A stretch of DNA of 62,141 bases, filler included, from Hausera hauseri (Eukaryota): the NCBI GenBank assembly GCA_046269625.1. It is 12 parts of 12 records of this genome, joined end to end, with 100 filler letters (N's around TTAATTAATTAA, not from the genome) between each part and the next. Parts side by side here need not be neighbours in the genome. Positions count along the whole stretch, not along the records: positions 44,234 to 52,504 come from JBJURY010708769.1; positions 52,605 to 57,859 come from JBJURY010297834.1; positions 57,960 to 62,141 come from JBJURY010715659.1; 9 more parts are not named here. One strand, written 5' to 3'. The translations under genes and the position numbers were made by a program. The notes under the pieces are model-generated. The model made no database searches. It was not told where the DNA came from and saw nothing but the letters and a program-made list of their open reading frames with translations. Positions within the stretch are counted from its first letter, which is position 1, and each line of letters begins with the position of its first letter. Below, piece after piece: positions 51,806 to 62,141 of this stretch.

Positions 51806-52639
51806 GTATTAAGTTTAAAAATCTGACAGTCTGGGTCTCGGCCTTAAATTTAAAATTTACTTTATCTAATTAACAACCTGTGGGTTACTAAATGTTTTGA
51901 TCTTATTGTGTGAGTTGATCACTAGAAGGCACACTAGCGATACTCTCCTCTTATTTATCTTGATTTTAAACACTCGAACCTTAATGGACGGGATACCAAA
52001 GTCTGCCCTTAATTTTAGATATATGGTTTAATTCTACTCAAAAACAATTTAGTTTAACAAAAATATTATGATAACAGCTCGCTAACAGGATAAATAAATA
52101 AACAAATGAATGAATGAACAGATGATACTCAAAATTGTCACTTATTTCTGACAAATATTGTTTGAAAATCGTAATTAGTAAACTATACTCGAACCTAAAT
52201 TCCCAATTCGATTATTATACCATAATACATATATCAGGTGATATTCCGGATTTCAATCTCCTTCAAAATAATATTTGCAAAGGTGGCAGGTTGTACTCCG
52301 AGATTCAATATGCTAAATTAGCTGTGTTTCCTGTTACCAAATATATGTAAAGAAAATAAGACAAGGTCAAACTTTTAATCTATGGTAAAAATGATTTATA
52401 TAATCTTATCATTGGAAAATATAGAATAATCAATTACATCCATTATGCATTGTTTGTCAAGCATTAAACAAAATTAAGTATACTGTTGTTTTTAGTTACA
52501 TTCANNNNNNNNNNNNNNNNNNNNNNNNNNNNNNNNNNNNNNNNNNNNTTAATTAATTAANNNNNNNNNNNNNNNNNNNNNNNNNNNNNNNNNNNNNNNN
52601 NNNNATGAGCTAGCCTTGGACTGGTACTTTGCGTTATAG

Positions 52640-53779
52640 ATGCATATGGGATTGTCTACGGCATATCGTCATCGTAGAATCGACAGCCTAAAACACATTT
52701 CCTTGCATCTCTGCAAAATTTGTTATGATAAAAGCACATTATTTTATCATCTCTAGATTTAGAACGAGAAGAGTGCCTAAAAACCTGCGATTACGAGAAA
52801 TACGATTTTCGCTTCCTCTAGGCACGGATAAGTCACGGAGTTGGGCTGTGATCGCAGAAATTGCTTGTTGGTGGGTATCAAATTGTTTCTGCATTATGTT
52901 TAGTTGTTGTGCAAAAAAGTGTTGTCTGGCAGTGTGTAAGCAGTTTGCTGCGACTACTGGCTGCGAGTTATTAGACTGCAGAATATCAAAGATTTGTCTG
53001 CCAATAAGGCGACCTTTTCGAGAGCAGTAGAGTCATCTACTACAGTAAGCAAAGCTCGAATAGAGGTTGGCAAAGATGAAAGGAAATACCGATGAAGAAG
53101 ATCGACACTGTTTGTGGCAGTAACGTCCAAAGAGCTCAATTGAGAGATGGCAGTTTTAAGGAAATCCGATGATTTTTTTATTTCCGATGGCGTGTTCGTT
53201 AAAATATTTCTGGATTATGCTGTCGATGGAAGGGTCGGTGATATGTAGAACCGATTCATACAGCATATCATACAGGCTTGAAGAAGAGAATGTCAGCCAG
53301 ATTACTGATTTGCTGTTTGATGTTGGCTTGGAGTAATAGCAGCAAACTGTTAGCCCGCAGAAAGGGATCTGTAATATGATTAACTTTAAGCCATTGTAAA
53401 TGGAACTGTAGCCAGGTACGACTAGAATTCGTCTTGTCTAGAAAAAAATCCGTGCAGGGGAGATTTGGAGAAGTTGTTGGTGTGGTGTCGACAGGACGAC
53501 GACCAGATTTAGTCTTTGTTAAGTGTTCGATAGAAGGATCAAGGTCTGATCCACCACGGATGCGAAAATGGACAGTGAGAGTGATGGAATATTTCTCGGG
53601 TGCAAAAGATGAAAAAGAATCGTAAGGTTGCAAAGTTAGACCGTTGTGCATAAGATAAAAATTGGAGGAGCCAAAAAAAGGACCATTCAGTATAGAGAAT
53701 ATGAGCTGTTTGTTTGTGCGCAACCCTTAATGTGTGGATATGTTTAGTATTAGTAAAGATTAGAAAAGAAAAGGGACAT
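52640..53779 (-). pseudogene. Gag with an N-terminal ubiquitin-like domain ending RIRGG (53550); frameshifted
   Basis: FLIFTNTKHIHTLRVAHKQT..NFYLMHNGLTLQPYDSFSSF..TLTVHFRIRGG|SD; SSRTWLQFHLQWLK; CFYHNKFC..KCVLGC. Confidence 0.8.
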
Positions 53780-54305
53780 GGCCCAACGGGGGCGGGCACT
53801 CTCGGTCCCTCAACGAGAGAATCTTTTGTATGAGTGATCATCGTCGTAGGACGACCAGTACTTCGATACATTGTTAGCGGTAACAACTTCAAACATTCAA
53901 CTTTTTTACTGGATGCGAATCGTACTTTTGGTTTCAAAATGGTGGGTCGCAAATTGAATTCACCAATTGATACAGTTGTCATATTTTTGTTTAAATATGA
54001 ACGGTGGATTAACAGGCAGCTATTTTTGATGTGTAACATATTAATCCAACCGTTGCTGTAGCCACTGGCCATGAAACAGGATTTTGAAAGATGGACAGGT
54101 GAAAAACCGATGCGATGTGAACGTATAGATTAAGATGGCAGTCGGCTTCAAAAGATCAAAAGTCAATTTCGCGAAATTCAATTTTGCCAGATGATAGTAC
54201 AATTAAAACTGGTTTGTCAAAATCTGAAACATAAACGTCGGGCAACCAGTTTAAAAAAGTAATTGAGAAAGACAGACTAATTACGCAGATTAGTCTGTCT
54301 TCGTC

Positions 54306-56204
54306 TCATAATCCTATAGTGCAGTCGTCTGTAGTTGCAGAAATAAATCGTAATAATCCAAATAAGGCGTAGGATTTGAAAGTATCCGTTTTATGTATAC
54401 GATTATTCAAATATGTTTGAAATAATTCGTTAATGTAATTAACTCTCAGATATGACTTACCATTACTGTTTAATATTGTACTCGCTCTGAAGTTTCTTGA
54501 CCCTATCATCCATTCCAACCAAAATGTTGACTGATACGGACGAGTAACGTTGTATGTGATCGGTTTTAGAGAACACGACTTTTCAGTATTAATTGATTCT
54601 TTTAAGTGATTTAAGTTTGATTGAAGATGTTTGAAAAGAGACGTAAGACAATCTGTAATATTTCGAAACGACAATAAGTCTTTAGGCCTTATGTTTGGTT
54701 TCAGTGGTTTGCAAAACTTGACTGTTTCTACGTCCTTTTCGGTTAATAAATTAAGTAGTATGCAGAACATTAAATCCGAAACAGGAAATTGTCTAACCGA
54801 TAAAATTTGTTTAGTACATTTAAAAAATGAATCAAAAACGCTCAATTCATTTGTGCAATTCAATCCATCATTGCTTATTATGTTTTTAATGTCACTGTGA
54901 TCACAATAATTGTAATAAATAATGTAATCTATAACTGCTGTTCCAAATGTATAAAGTCCGGGAATATCGAGTGCTGAATAAGTCCTTACACCATTTAGAT
55001 CGTTTATGTAAGCAGTATCAACGCCAAACTGTTTGTAATGATCTTTAATATGAAAGTCCAATGCAAAAAAGATGATATTCCTAATGAACATTTGTTGATT
55101 TTTAGATTTACCAGGATTGATAGCAATTATGTTACCTCTGAGAACGTTTATAGCTTTATTAGCATGATTATTTAAAATTGGTAAAACATAGTATGGTGGT
55201 TGAACATCACCGATTTCATTATTGGTTATAGTTTTATTTTCATTTAATATTCCATTGTGCTGCGCTACAATGACATCAGATAAAAACTTTTTGGTATATG
55301 TTTTATATTCTTCACACATTATACTAAAACTCTCTTTGATAGCAATTCTGTCTTTGGATTTTAAACAACTAGAAAAATTATAATTATTGAGATTTTGATG
55401 AATAATTATTTCACAATATATCACATTTACCTCTTCTTTATCGTTATTTGAATCCAAATCATGAAACAAATCACTGCTTTCAAACGCCAATCCCGTACAA
55501 AAATTAGCTGAATTAACACCGTTTTGAATTTCTCGAATAAGACATTGAAAAAAGTTATTGAACGTTTCATAGCTTTCCATATCGATTGCATACACACTTG
55601 TCATTTCGGGGTGTGTTACGTGCGGATATACAATGGTCATTAGAATGATATTATTTCGTGTCTTTTTATTTTCGTACAGTATTGCTATTTCATGGTTTAA
55701 TGCTTTCTTCAATGGACAGTAATACTCATACACATTGTATATGAATTGCTCACAATTAACTGCATCGCCTACTGCAACGTCCTCCGCCAATTTAACAATA
55801 TCATAATGCCCATTATCCATTTTCTGAAGAATTCTCAATGGTTTGGTAAAGGCAAATTTTTCAATGACAAAATTGTAGATGTCGCTAAGAGTTTTGCTAC
55901 GAGAATAGCAACAAGTTACTTTGTTTTCTTTTCCACAAATAGAAATAGTAATGTTCAATGGTTGAACCTCAACGGTGTAACTATCGTGACTGAGTATCAC
56001 AAATCTTTCGAAAAGTTCTTGGTTATCACAATCCAGTTTGTATGTTTTCACAAGATATTTCCAAACTTCTTCCGGTACCAAATCGTAGTGATCATTCAAC
56101 AACATATCACCATTAACTTCTTTTGTTGCATCAAGCAATTTGCTGTTACTAATTGGTGGCAAATTTTTTCTTGTCATCCGTAACAAATATTTAAGTTGAT
56201 TCAA
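54306..56204 (-). CDS. Chimeric 632-codon ORF (first ATG 56177): USP4/11/15 DUSP-UBL, phosphagen kinase, CLU, BACK and probable further fragments
   Basis: PPISNSKLL..YDLVPEEVWKYLVKTY..VEVQPL; PLKKALNHEI..VYAIDMESYETF; GNIIAINP..QMFIRNIIFF..NDLNGVRTY..GLYTFGTAVIDY; NIISNDGLNCTNELSVFDS. Confidence 0.75.
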   Translation of the reverse strand: MNQLKYLLRMTRKNLPPISNSKLLDATKEVNGDMLLNDHYDLVPEEVWKYLVKTYKLDCDNQELFERFVILSHDSYTVEVQPLNITISICGKENKVTCCYSRSKTLSDIYNFVIEKFAFTKPLRILQKMDNGHYDIVKLAEDVAVGDAVNCEQFIYNVYEYYCPLKKALNHEIAILYENKKTRNNIILMTIVYPHVTHPEMTSVYAIDMESYETFNNFFQCLIREIQNGVNSANFCTGLAFESSDLFHDLDSNNDKEEVNVIYCEIIIHQNLNNYNFSSCLKSKDRIAIKESFSIMCEEYKTYTKKFLSDVIVAQHNGILNENKTITNNEIGDVQPPYYVLPILNNHANKAINVLRGNIIAINPGKSKNQQMFIRNIIFFALDFHIKDHYKQFGVDTAYINDLNGVRTYSALDIPGLYTFGTAVIDYIIYYNYCDHSDIKNIISNDGLNCTNELSVFDSFFKCTKQILSVRQFPVSDLMFCILLNLLTEKDVETVKFCKPLKPNIRPKDLLSFRNITDCLTSLFKHLQSNLNHLKESINTEKSCSLKPITYNVTRPYQSTFWLEWMIGSRNFRASTILNSNGKSYLRVNYINELFQTYLNNRIHKTDTFKSYALFGLLRFISATTDDCTIGL

Positions 56205-56683
56205 CCGAAATTACACCAACACTATTTCTTCATTTGATGATTCATTTGTTAATATTCTGACACCAATTTATGATTCCGTAACGTAGACAAAATGCATTTA
56301 AGAAAAGAAAATCCGAAACACCAAGAAAACTGTATTAATCAAATTCAATTTTTTTGTTATTAAAAATCTATATTCATCAATTACATATTTTCTAATTTAT
56401 GTGTATAATACAAACCAAACCTTATGAATTGTAACCTTTCATTGTAACCTTACAATCAAACAAGCATCAATCACACACAAAAAAATCATCTAATTCAATA
56501 AGAAAAAGAACGAATAAGAAAACACCCGAAAACTAAAATTGGCAACTATTGAATGTCCGTTACTGGTTCAAAAATTACAACGCAATTTCGTCACTATCAT
56601 CTTGCTTGAGATTGAAATAATTTTTTGGGATAGTGAAGATTTGATTGTTATCATATTGTTCATTATCTCCCTTTGGAAGAGGG

Positions 56684-56776
56684 AATATTGGAGAAATGAG
56701 AAATGACGTAATCCATTCTTCACCCTTTAAAGGATGGAAATATTGGAGAAATGTGAAATGACGTAATTCATTCTTC
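56684..56776. repeat. 38-bp direct repeat, each unit with CRE-like TGACGTAA
   Basis: 56684-56721 and 56739-56776, two mismatches. Confidence 0.8.
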
Positions 56777-57089
56777 TATTAATTTGCCATCAAAATTGTT
56801 GGGTATTTTGGAAATTGTAAAACACATTATGAAATGTAATATCAAAATAACCGCAATCTTCAGATAATAGTTCTCATCAAGATACTTTACACTGTACGTC
56901 GAATCGAGTTCAAACAGTAATTTGTTATTTTAAAATGTTCACGAAAATAAACCGAATTTGTTTTTTGTACTTGTCATTAAAGCACGTAGTGCAACGTAAC
57001 AAATTATTTTGAAGAATACAAAATCCAATATAAATGATCCAATAGAGATCTTTAGATTTAACGTTCCATCTGATTTATTTAAACATTAA

Positions 57090-57159
57090 AATTTGAATTT
57101 CTCGACTCCGGCGAGGAAAAGACCGCGCCCACGGCCGCGGCACCACATCACCTCCCCCC
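57090..57159 (-). promoter_or_regulatory. Polypurine tract (57148-57159) and start of LTR (TG at 57147)
   Basis: GGGGGGAGGTGA|TGTGGTGCCGCGGCCG just downstream of the integrase end. Confidence 0.8.
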
Positions 57160-57317
57160 GTGGCAGAATTGAAACTATGTAATAAAGAAAAATGAAGATA
57201 ATACGACTTACAACAACGAATCGCAACAGGAAATAAAGCTTGGTTTCTATTCAGTCTTAGTACGGGTTAGGCGTTGTGTGCCATCAAAGAAGTTTTCTTT
57301 GCTGTACGTGTTAAACG

Positions 57318-57859
57318 TTACTCTGCGTGGCTTACTTGATAGATTTGTAATGGGTTGTTGAACGATTTTTGTGATGGAGATGATAACGAATGTGGGTCAA
57401 GCGAGAAAGGAGATGAAGGTTGTGAGCATGATGACGGAGAGTGAAGTGAGATGGATGGAGGACATGATGATAATTGAGTGTAATCGAGCAGTGATTGCTT
57501 CAGTGGCGTAAAATCGTTTAGAAAGTCAGTTGAATTGCTAGCTGAGTCTGAATTAAGTGTAGAATTGCTATCTGGAATGTCGTCAATGAAGAAGGAAGGC
57601 TTCAGATTCGAAATATGGACGTTGCACGGTTTATCTTGGCGTAAGATTGTTGCTGTGTGAGATGAAAGATTCAACAGTTTGTACGGGCCAACATATTGAG
57701 GTCTAAAACCAGAAGGTGATTGATCTTTTAACCATACAAACTTGGCGGAGTATAAATCCTTCGGAATGTAGGATTTGTTGTGATTAAAGAGGCGGCAGAA
57801 TGAATCTGAGCTGACCTCGACGAAGTGAGATTGTGCCGCACGAATGTTTTCGTCTGCAG
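57318..57859 (-). pseudogene. Ty3/Gypsy integrase C-terminus (GPY/F module plus Ser/Pro tail)
   Basis: SYIPKDLYSAKFVWLK..RPQYVGPYKLL..NVHISNLKPSF. Confidence 0.85.
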
Positions 57860-58262
57860 NNNNNNNNNNNNNNNNNNNNNNNNNNNNNNNNNNNNNNNNN
57901 NNNTTAATTAATTAANNNNNNNNNNNNNNNNNNNNNNNNNNNNNNNNNNNNNNNNNNNNAATATAATTATAGAGCAGAAGGATTTAGACGATAGTCAAGT
58001 TAAACAGTATGTTTAATAAAATTATATATATATATATATAAATAAATGTTTTATTCATCATATTACAACAAATTGTATCACAAAATCAAATATACGATGA
58101 CTTACGCATTAATAATATAAAATAAAAATATTTGTTATCAGAAGAGACAAAAAAAATATTAAATTTCTTACAAAAACTATTTTTTCTTGTTTTTATTTTG
58201 ACCATTCATTTCTTTATTTCATTCTGCGTAAGTATACTGAAAACTGAACATGATGAATACTA

Positions 58263-58298
58263 GGTGCAGCCATTAGGTTAACCTGTGTTGGCTGCACC
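58263..58298 (-). other. 3' UTR stem-loop (10-bp perfect stem), likely RT recognition element
   Basis: ggtgcagcca..tggctgcacc. Confidence 0.7.
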
Positions 58299-58625
58299 GA
58301 GCATCGTCTCGAAAATGCAAGGAAATCACAAAGTTTAAATCTCTGTAACAGAGTTTTAGTATAAAGTATTAAAATGATGAGAAAAGATGGCTATACGTGA
58401 ACAGAAAAGAAGAACAGATAAAGAAAAGCATCATAGAAAGAAAAATATAGAATAGTCAAAACAGGCAGAAAAAGAAATGAAAGGTTCACAGATACGTTAC
58501 CATGTATTATTTTTATGTATTAATATTGTACAAAATTATAGTAGTATTATTATTATTGTACAAAACGTTAATTAAAATATTTGTTTTCTAATTTTCTAAA
58601 ATATATACCAGATAATTATTATCGA

Positions 58626-61529
58626 TTAATAAAAGTTACCTCTAATTAATCTCTCAGCGTCAATTACTGAAAACAGCCAATATTTTAATTTTTTCAAAAA
58701 TAGTTTTAAAGGAAGCTCTGACAAACCACTAGGAAGCGTGTTGAATAGCCTCGGGGCAATGAAACTGTAAGTAAGGGAGATAGTGGTCCGAGAGGGCCGA
58801 GGAACAAAATAAGACATACCGCTTCTCAAATTGCTGGCGTAATCAGTTATTGATTGACGTTTTTGGTCACCACTACGTATAAAGAACATCCTTAGCACTT
58901 TATACACATATAAGTGTCTTAAAGGTAGTACATTGAGATCTTTAAAGATTGCAAAGGAAGGAGATGTCCTGGGTCTTTTATTAATAATTCTGACGAAGTG
59001 CTTTTGTAATAGGATTAAGTTTTTCATGTGACTTATATACGTACCCCCCCAAAACTCAATCCCATATTCCAACCTAGATTGAATCAAAGATGTGAATACA
59101 TTTTTAAGGATCAACCTAGGGCATAGGTCACGCAAGAAATAAAATTTCCTGATATATGACTGTAAACAATTATTTAATTCCCTGCAATGATCCTCCCAAC
59201 TAAGATTTTCATCCACATTTAAACCAAGATATTTTATTCTGGAGGAATAGGCTACCCCTGGACAGTCACAATTGGCCTCCAGATTCCGACATTTACAAGT
59301 CATTTGATGGCATGGAATAATATTGTAGTTATTTACTGTATTTATTCTGCTTAGATGGAAAATAATATACTTAGTTTTATTGAAGTTAATTAAGAGTTTA
59401 TTTTGGGCACACCATTCATTGATAATCACTAAATCACTAGAAATGCCCGACAGCACCCCTTCCACACAGGTACTCGAGTATGAGAGAGCAACATCATCGG
59501 CATAAGCTGTTATTTTTCCCTCGGTTTTTAAAGTAAAAATATCATTAATGAAAATACAGAAAAGAATCGCCGCCAGTACACTTCCCTGAGGTACGCCATA
59601 TCTAACAATACCAAAGCCGCTCAAATCTCCCTCCACACTCACACATTGTCTTCTTCCCGACAAGAAGGAAGTAAACCAGTTCAAGGGCATGCCCCTCACC
59701 CCAGCGTGGTACAGTTTATCCAATAAGATATCAATGTCCACCATGTCAAAGGCTGCCTTCAGATCCACAAATACACCCCCAGTCTTATGGCCTTCATTTA
59801 TGTCAGAATACACGCTGGAGAAAAAGGAGTTAAGAGCATCAATAGTACTCTTGCCACTCATAAACCCAAACTGTTTAACATTGAAAAAGTTGTTACTGTC
59901 CAAGTATGATATCAGGCGCTTTTTCATGATCTTTTCTATAATTTTCGAAAAAACTGATAAGAGAGAAATTGGTCTGTAATTTTCACATTTACGACGGTCA
60001 CCCTTCTTATATATAGGAATCACCTTTGCTACCTTCCATCCCTCAGGAAAATCTCCAGATTCAAAACTTAAATTTATTATAAACTTAAGAGGGGATACTA
60101 TATACAAAAAGGTCCTTTTCAGAAAATCAGAACTGACCCGATCAAGACCAGGTGATTTTTTGCTTTCAAGGGAATTGATAATAGTTATAATTTCATTTTC
60201 GTTAGTAGGAGTAAGATAAAAAGAGTTTGATGGGGCCTCCAAGCGATTTATATAATTTATATTTAATATATTAAGTTTATTGGAATCAGCAACGGAGAGA
60301 AAATGTTTATTAAATATTTCAGCCTGTTCTAAAGGGTTAGTTATAATTTTATTATCATCTTGCAGCTCCAGATTACCTCTATCTTTAATTTCGCCTATTA
60401 AATTTTTGATAACAGACCAATGCTTAGATGTATTTTTACTTTTAAAGTTGAATAAATTATTATAGTAAGCATATTTAGCGGTTTTTAATTCTGTATTTAA
60501 TTTGTTTCTATATCTAATGAAATGATTTTTTATATCAATATTATTTGGATGTTTTATCAGTAATTTGTATAAAAATTTTCTTTTTTCAATTTTATTATAT
60601 AAGTAGTCATTCATCCACGGCTGTATTTTTTTATTTTTATATTTGTCTGTTTTCCTGATTAGTTCTGTACAGAGACGTACGTACTTTCCAAGTCTGTCAG
60701 AAAAAAGTTGGGCCGCTGTAGAAGCGTTCCCACATAGTAATACATCAGTCCATTCCTCAGCCTCCAACAGGGGGCATAATCTATCGTAATTAATCATACT
60801 TATTGAAAAAGGTTTGTCAGCTGAGAGGGGAGTGCCAGGAACCATCTCCGTATTCACCATCACCTCCAATAAGGCGTGATCAGTAATACCGATCTGTCTA
60901 ACATTCATAGATATATCGAAAGTATAGTTTCTAGATTTTTTGAATCTAACAAAAATGTGATCAATGCATGACGACCCAAAACCATCCCCTCTTGTAGCTA
61001 TGTTAATATCATTCATCAAAGACAATCCATTCGCATACATCATATTCATGTAATTTTCAATTACATCACTATTCCCTGCTAGGTCCAGGTTCATGTCCCC
61101 GGCCATCAGGAGATTATCCACGCGAATATCATCCAAAATGCTATTCAATTCATCAATAAATACAATTGGGGCAACCCTGTGCAACCGATACACCAACAAA
61201 ATATGAATTTTAATTGATTTAAAGACACACGTTACTACAAGACAGTCAGCAGACGTCATTGAAGGCGTGTGTGTTAAAATATCAACATTTTTCTTTGCAA
61301 AAACAGCAACCCCACCCGACCTGTAACTATTATTGCATTTAAAGAAGCCGTTATAACCTGACAATTGATACAACAGTCTCTCACTATCATTGATCCAGAT
61401 TTCTGTTAAAAGTAACAGATCCGGTAAGCCACTGTAAGTGGTAGTCAAAGTAGCTATGAAATTATCAAAATTAGCCCTGAGGCTACGAATGTTTTGCATG
61501 ACACAAACTATCCGCCGGTTTTCACACAT
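58626..61529 (-). CDS. LINE ORF2: APE endonuclease plus reverse transcriptase, 967 aa, intact
   Basis: QNIRSL, TEIW, GDMNLD, IDHIF, TDH; KSPGLD, NYRPISLL, DLKAAFD, GVPQGS, YADD, KYLG. Confidence 0.96.
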   Translation of the reverse strand: MCENRRIVCVMQNIRSLRANFDNFIATLTTTYSGLPDLLLLTEIWINDSERLLYQLSGYNGFFKCNNSYRSGGVAVFAKKNVDILTHTPSMTSADCLVVTCVFKSIKIHILLVYRLHRVAPIVFIDELNSILDDIRVDNLLMAGDMNLDLAGNSDVIENYMNMMYANGLSLMNDINIATRGDGFGSSCIDHIFVRFKKSRNYTFDISMNVRQIGITDHALLEVMVNTEMVPGTPLSADKPFSISMINYDRLCPLLEAEEWTDVLLCGNASTAAQLFSDRLGKYVRLCTELIRKTDKYKNKKIQPWMNDYLYNKIEKRKFLYKLLIKHPNNIDIKNHFIRYRNKLNTELKTAKYAYYNNLFNFKSKNTSKHWSVIKNLIGEIKDRGNLELQDDNKIITNPLEQAEIFNKHFLSVADSNKLNILNINYINRLEAPSNSFYLTPTNENEIITIINSLESKKSPGLDRVSSDFLKRTFLYIVSPLKFIINLSFESGDFPEGWKVAKVIPIYKKGDRRKCENYRPISLLSVFSKIIEKIMKKRLISYLDSNNFFNVKQFGFMSGKSTIDALNSFFSSVYSDINEGHKTGGVFVDLKAAFDMVDIDILLDKLYHAGVRGMPLNWFTSFLSGRRQCVSVEGDLSGFGIVRYGVPQGSVLAAILFCIFINDIFTLKTEGKITAYADDVALSYSSTCVEGVLSGISSDLVIINEWCAQNKLLINFNKTKYIIFHLSRINTVNNYNIIPCHQMTCKCRNLEANCDCPGVAYSSRIKYLGLNVDENLSWEDHCRELNNCLQSYIRKFYFLRDLCPRLILKNVFTSLIQSRLEYGIEFWGGTYISHMKNLILLQKHFVRIINKRPRTSPSFAIFKDLNVLPLRHLYVYKVLRMFFIRSGDQKRQSITDYASNLRSGMSYFVPRPSRTTISLTYSFIAPRLFNTLPSGLSELPLKLFLKKLKYWLFSVIDAERLIRGNFY

Positions 61530-61684
61530 TTGAGAGCAAAGTAAGATATATTTTTCTCTTAATTTCTTTTATCAATATATAAATAAGAGTGAAGATAAAT
61601 AAAAGTTCTACTATAACGATATAGTTCCATAGTTCCCTAGTATATGTTAAAGTAAAAACAAAACTGACCCATCCTCCGAAATCC

Positions 61685-62140
61685 TCAGTTCCCACTCTCC
61701 ACAGACCTCCCATAGCCCCTCAGATCCTTCTCAGTTCTCACACACACCGGTGGGGTCTTATTATCAACTCTCACCTTGATATTTCCATTCCAATCAAGCC
61801 ACACAGATTGAAGGTATCCATCCGCCTTCAAGCGTCGAGCCCTGTAGAATAGACCGCTCCTGGAAGGCGCCAAAGGGACGTTGAGAAATACCGGACTGCT
61901 AAACGGAAAGCCCAGATGATGCGTAGAAAGCCTTATCTTCCTTTCTTCCTTATCTTCCTTATCTTTCCTGCGACGAGACTGAAGAAATTTCTCTTTGTCT
62001 CGCCTTCTAACAAATTTGACAACTATACCTGGAGGAACCTCTGGGCGCCTGTGGTTAACCCGAAGCCGGTGACACGCATCCACCATCTCCTCTGTAATCT
62101 CACATCCCACCGCCCTTCCAACACCCCTTACAATATCCAT
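61685..62140 (-). CDS. LINE ORF1 C-terminal part (RRM/CTD, FP25K-like)
   Basis: DACHRL..PPGIVVKFVRRRDK..VFLN..VW..NGNIKVR. Confidence 0.85.
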   Translation of the reverse strand: MDIVRGVGRAVGCEITEEMVDACHRLRVNHRRPEVPPGIVVKFVRRRDKEKFLQSRRRKDKEDKEERKIRLSTHHLGFPFSSPVFLNVPLAPSRSGLFYRARRLKADGYLQSVWLDWNGNIKVRVDNKTPPVCVRTEKDLRGYGRSVESGN

Positions 62141-62141
62141 A

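Larger units (their letters stand above)
58022..62141 (-). mobile_element. Non-LTR retrotransposon of the CR1/L2 group, 5' end beyond the window
   Basis: ORF1 plus intact EN-RT ORF2, 3' UTR hairpin, AATAAA then (TA)n at ~58022-58055. Confidence 0.9.

Noticed and set aside
53830-53860. TGGTCGTCCTACGACG as the PBS of the UBL-gag element
   Set aside because: Not preceded by an LTR-terminal CA, no convincing tRNA match, and not conserved in the contig 9 copy
4028-57959. Regularly recurring TTAATTAATTAA palindrome as a biological repeat or CRISPR-like array
   Set aside because: Always centred in exactly 44+44 Ns; it is a synthetic six-frame-stop linker. ORFs running into it are artefacts

Overview
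This window is not one locus. It is 12 unrelated AT-rich eukaryotic (animal-like, invertebrate) contigs joined by artificial 100-nt linkers (N44-TTAATTAATTAA-N44), so adjacency across a linker means nothing. Content is mostly mobile DNA: several Ty3/Gypsy LTR retroelements, three degenerate protein-primed PolB genes (Polinton/Maverick-adintovirus type), a compact TBP-like pseudogene, Tc1/mariner relics, a Naiad-type Penelope-like RT and a CR1/L2-group LINE with intact ORF2. There is one clear host gene, an intronless proteasome beta-1 (PSMB6). Two things stand out. (1) A Ty3/Gypsy family with a ubiquitin-like domain ending in RIRGG fused before Gag. Its LTR/leader carries copy-specific mosaics of intronless, sense-oriented host gene fragments, including a 632-codon open frame joining USP DUSP-UBL, phosphagen kinase, CLU and BACK pieces. 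(2) A second Ty3/Gypsy family, in two diverged copies whose lesions complement each other. It appears to have encoded one Gag-UBL-AT-hook-chuvirus-like glycoprotein polyprotein placed upstream of pol. All homology calls are from motif recognition by eye; no searches were run and boundaries of decayed features are approximate.
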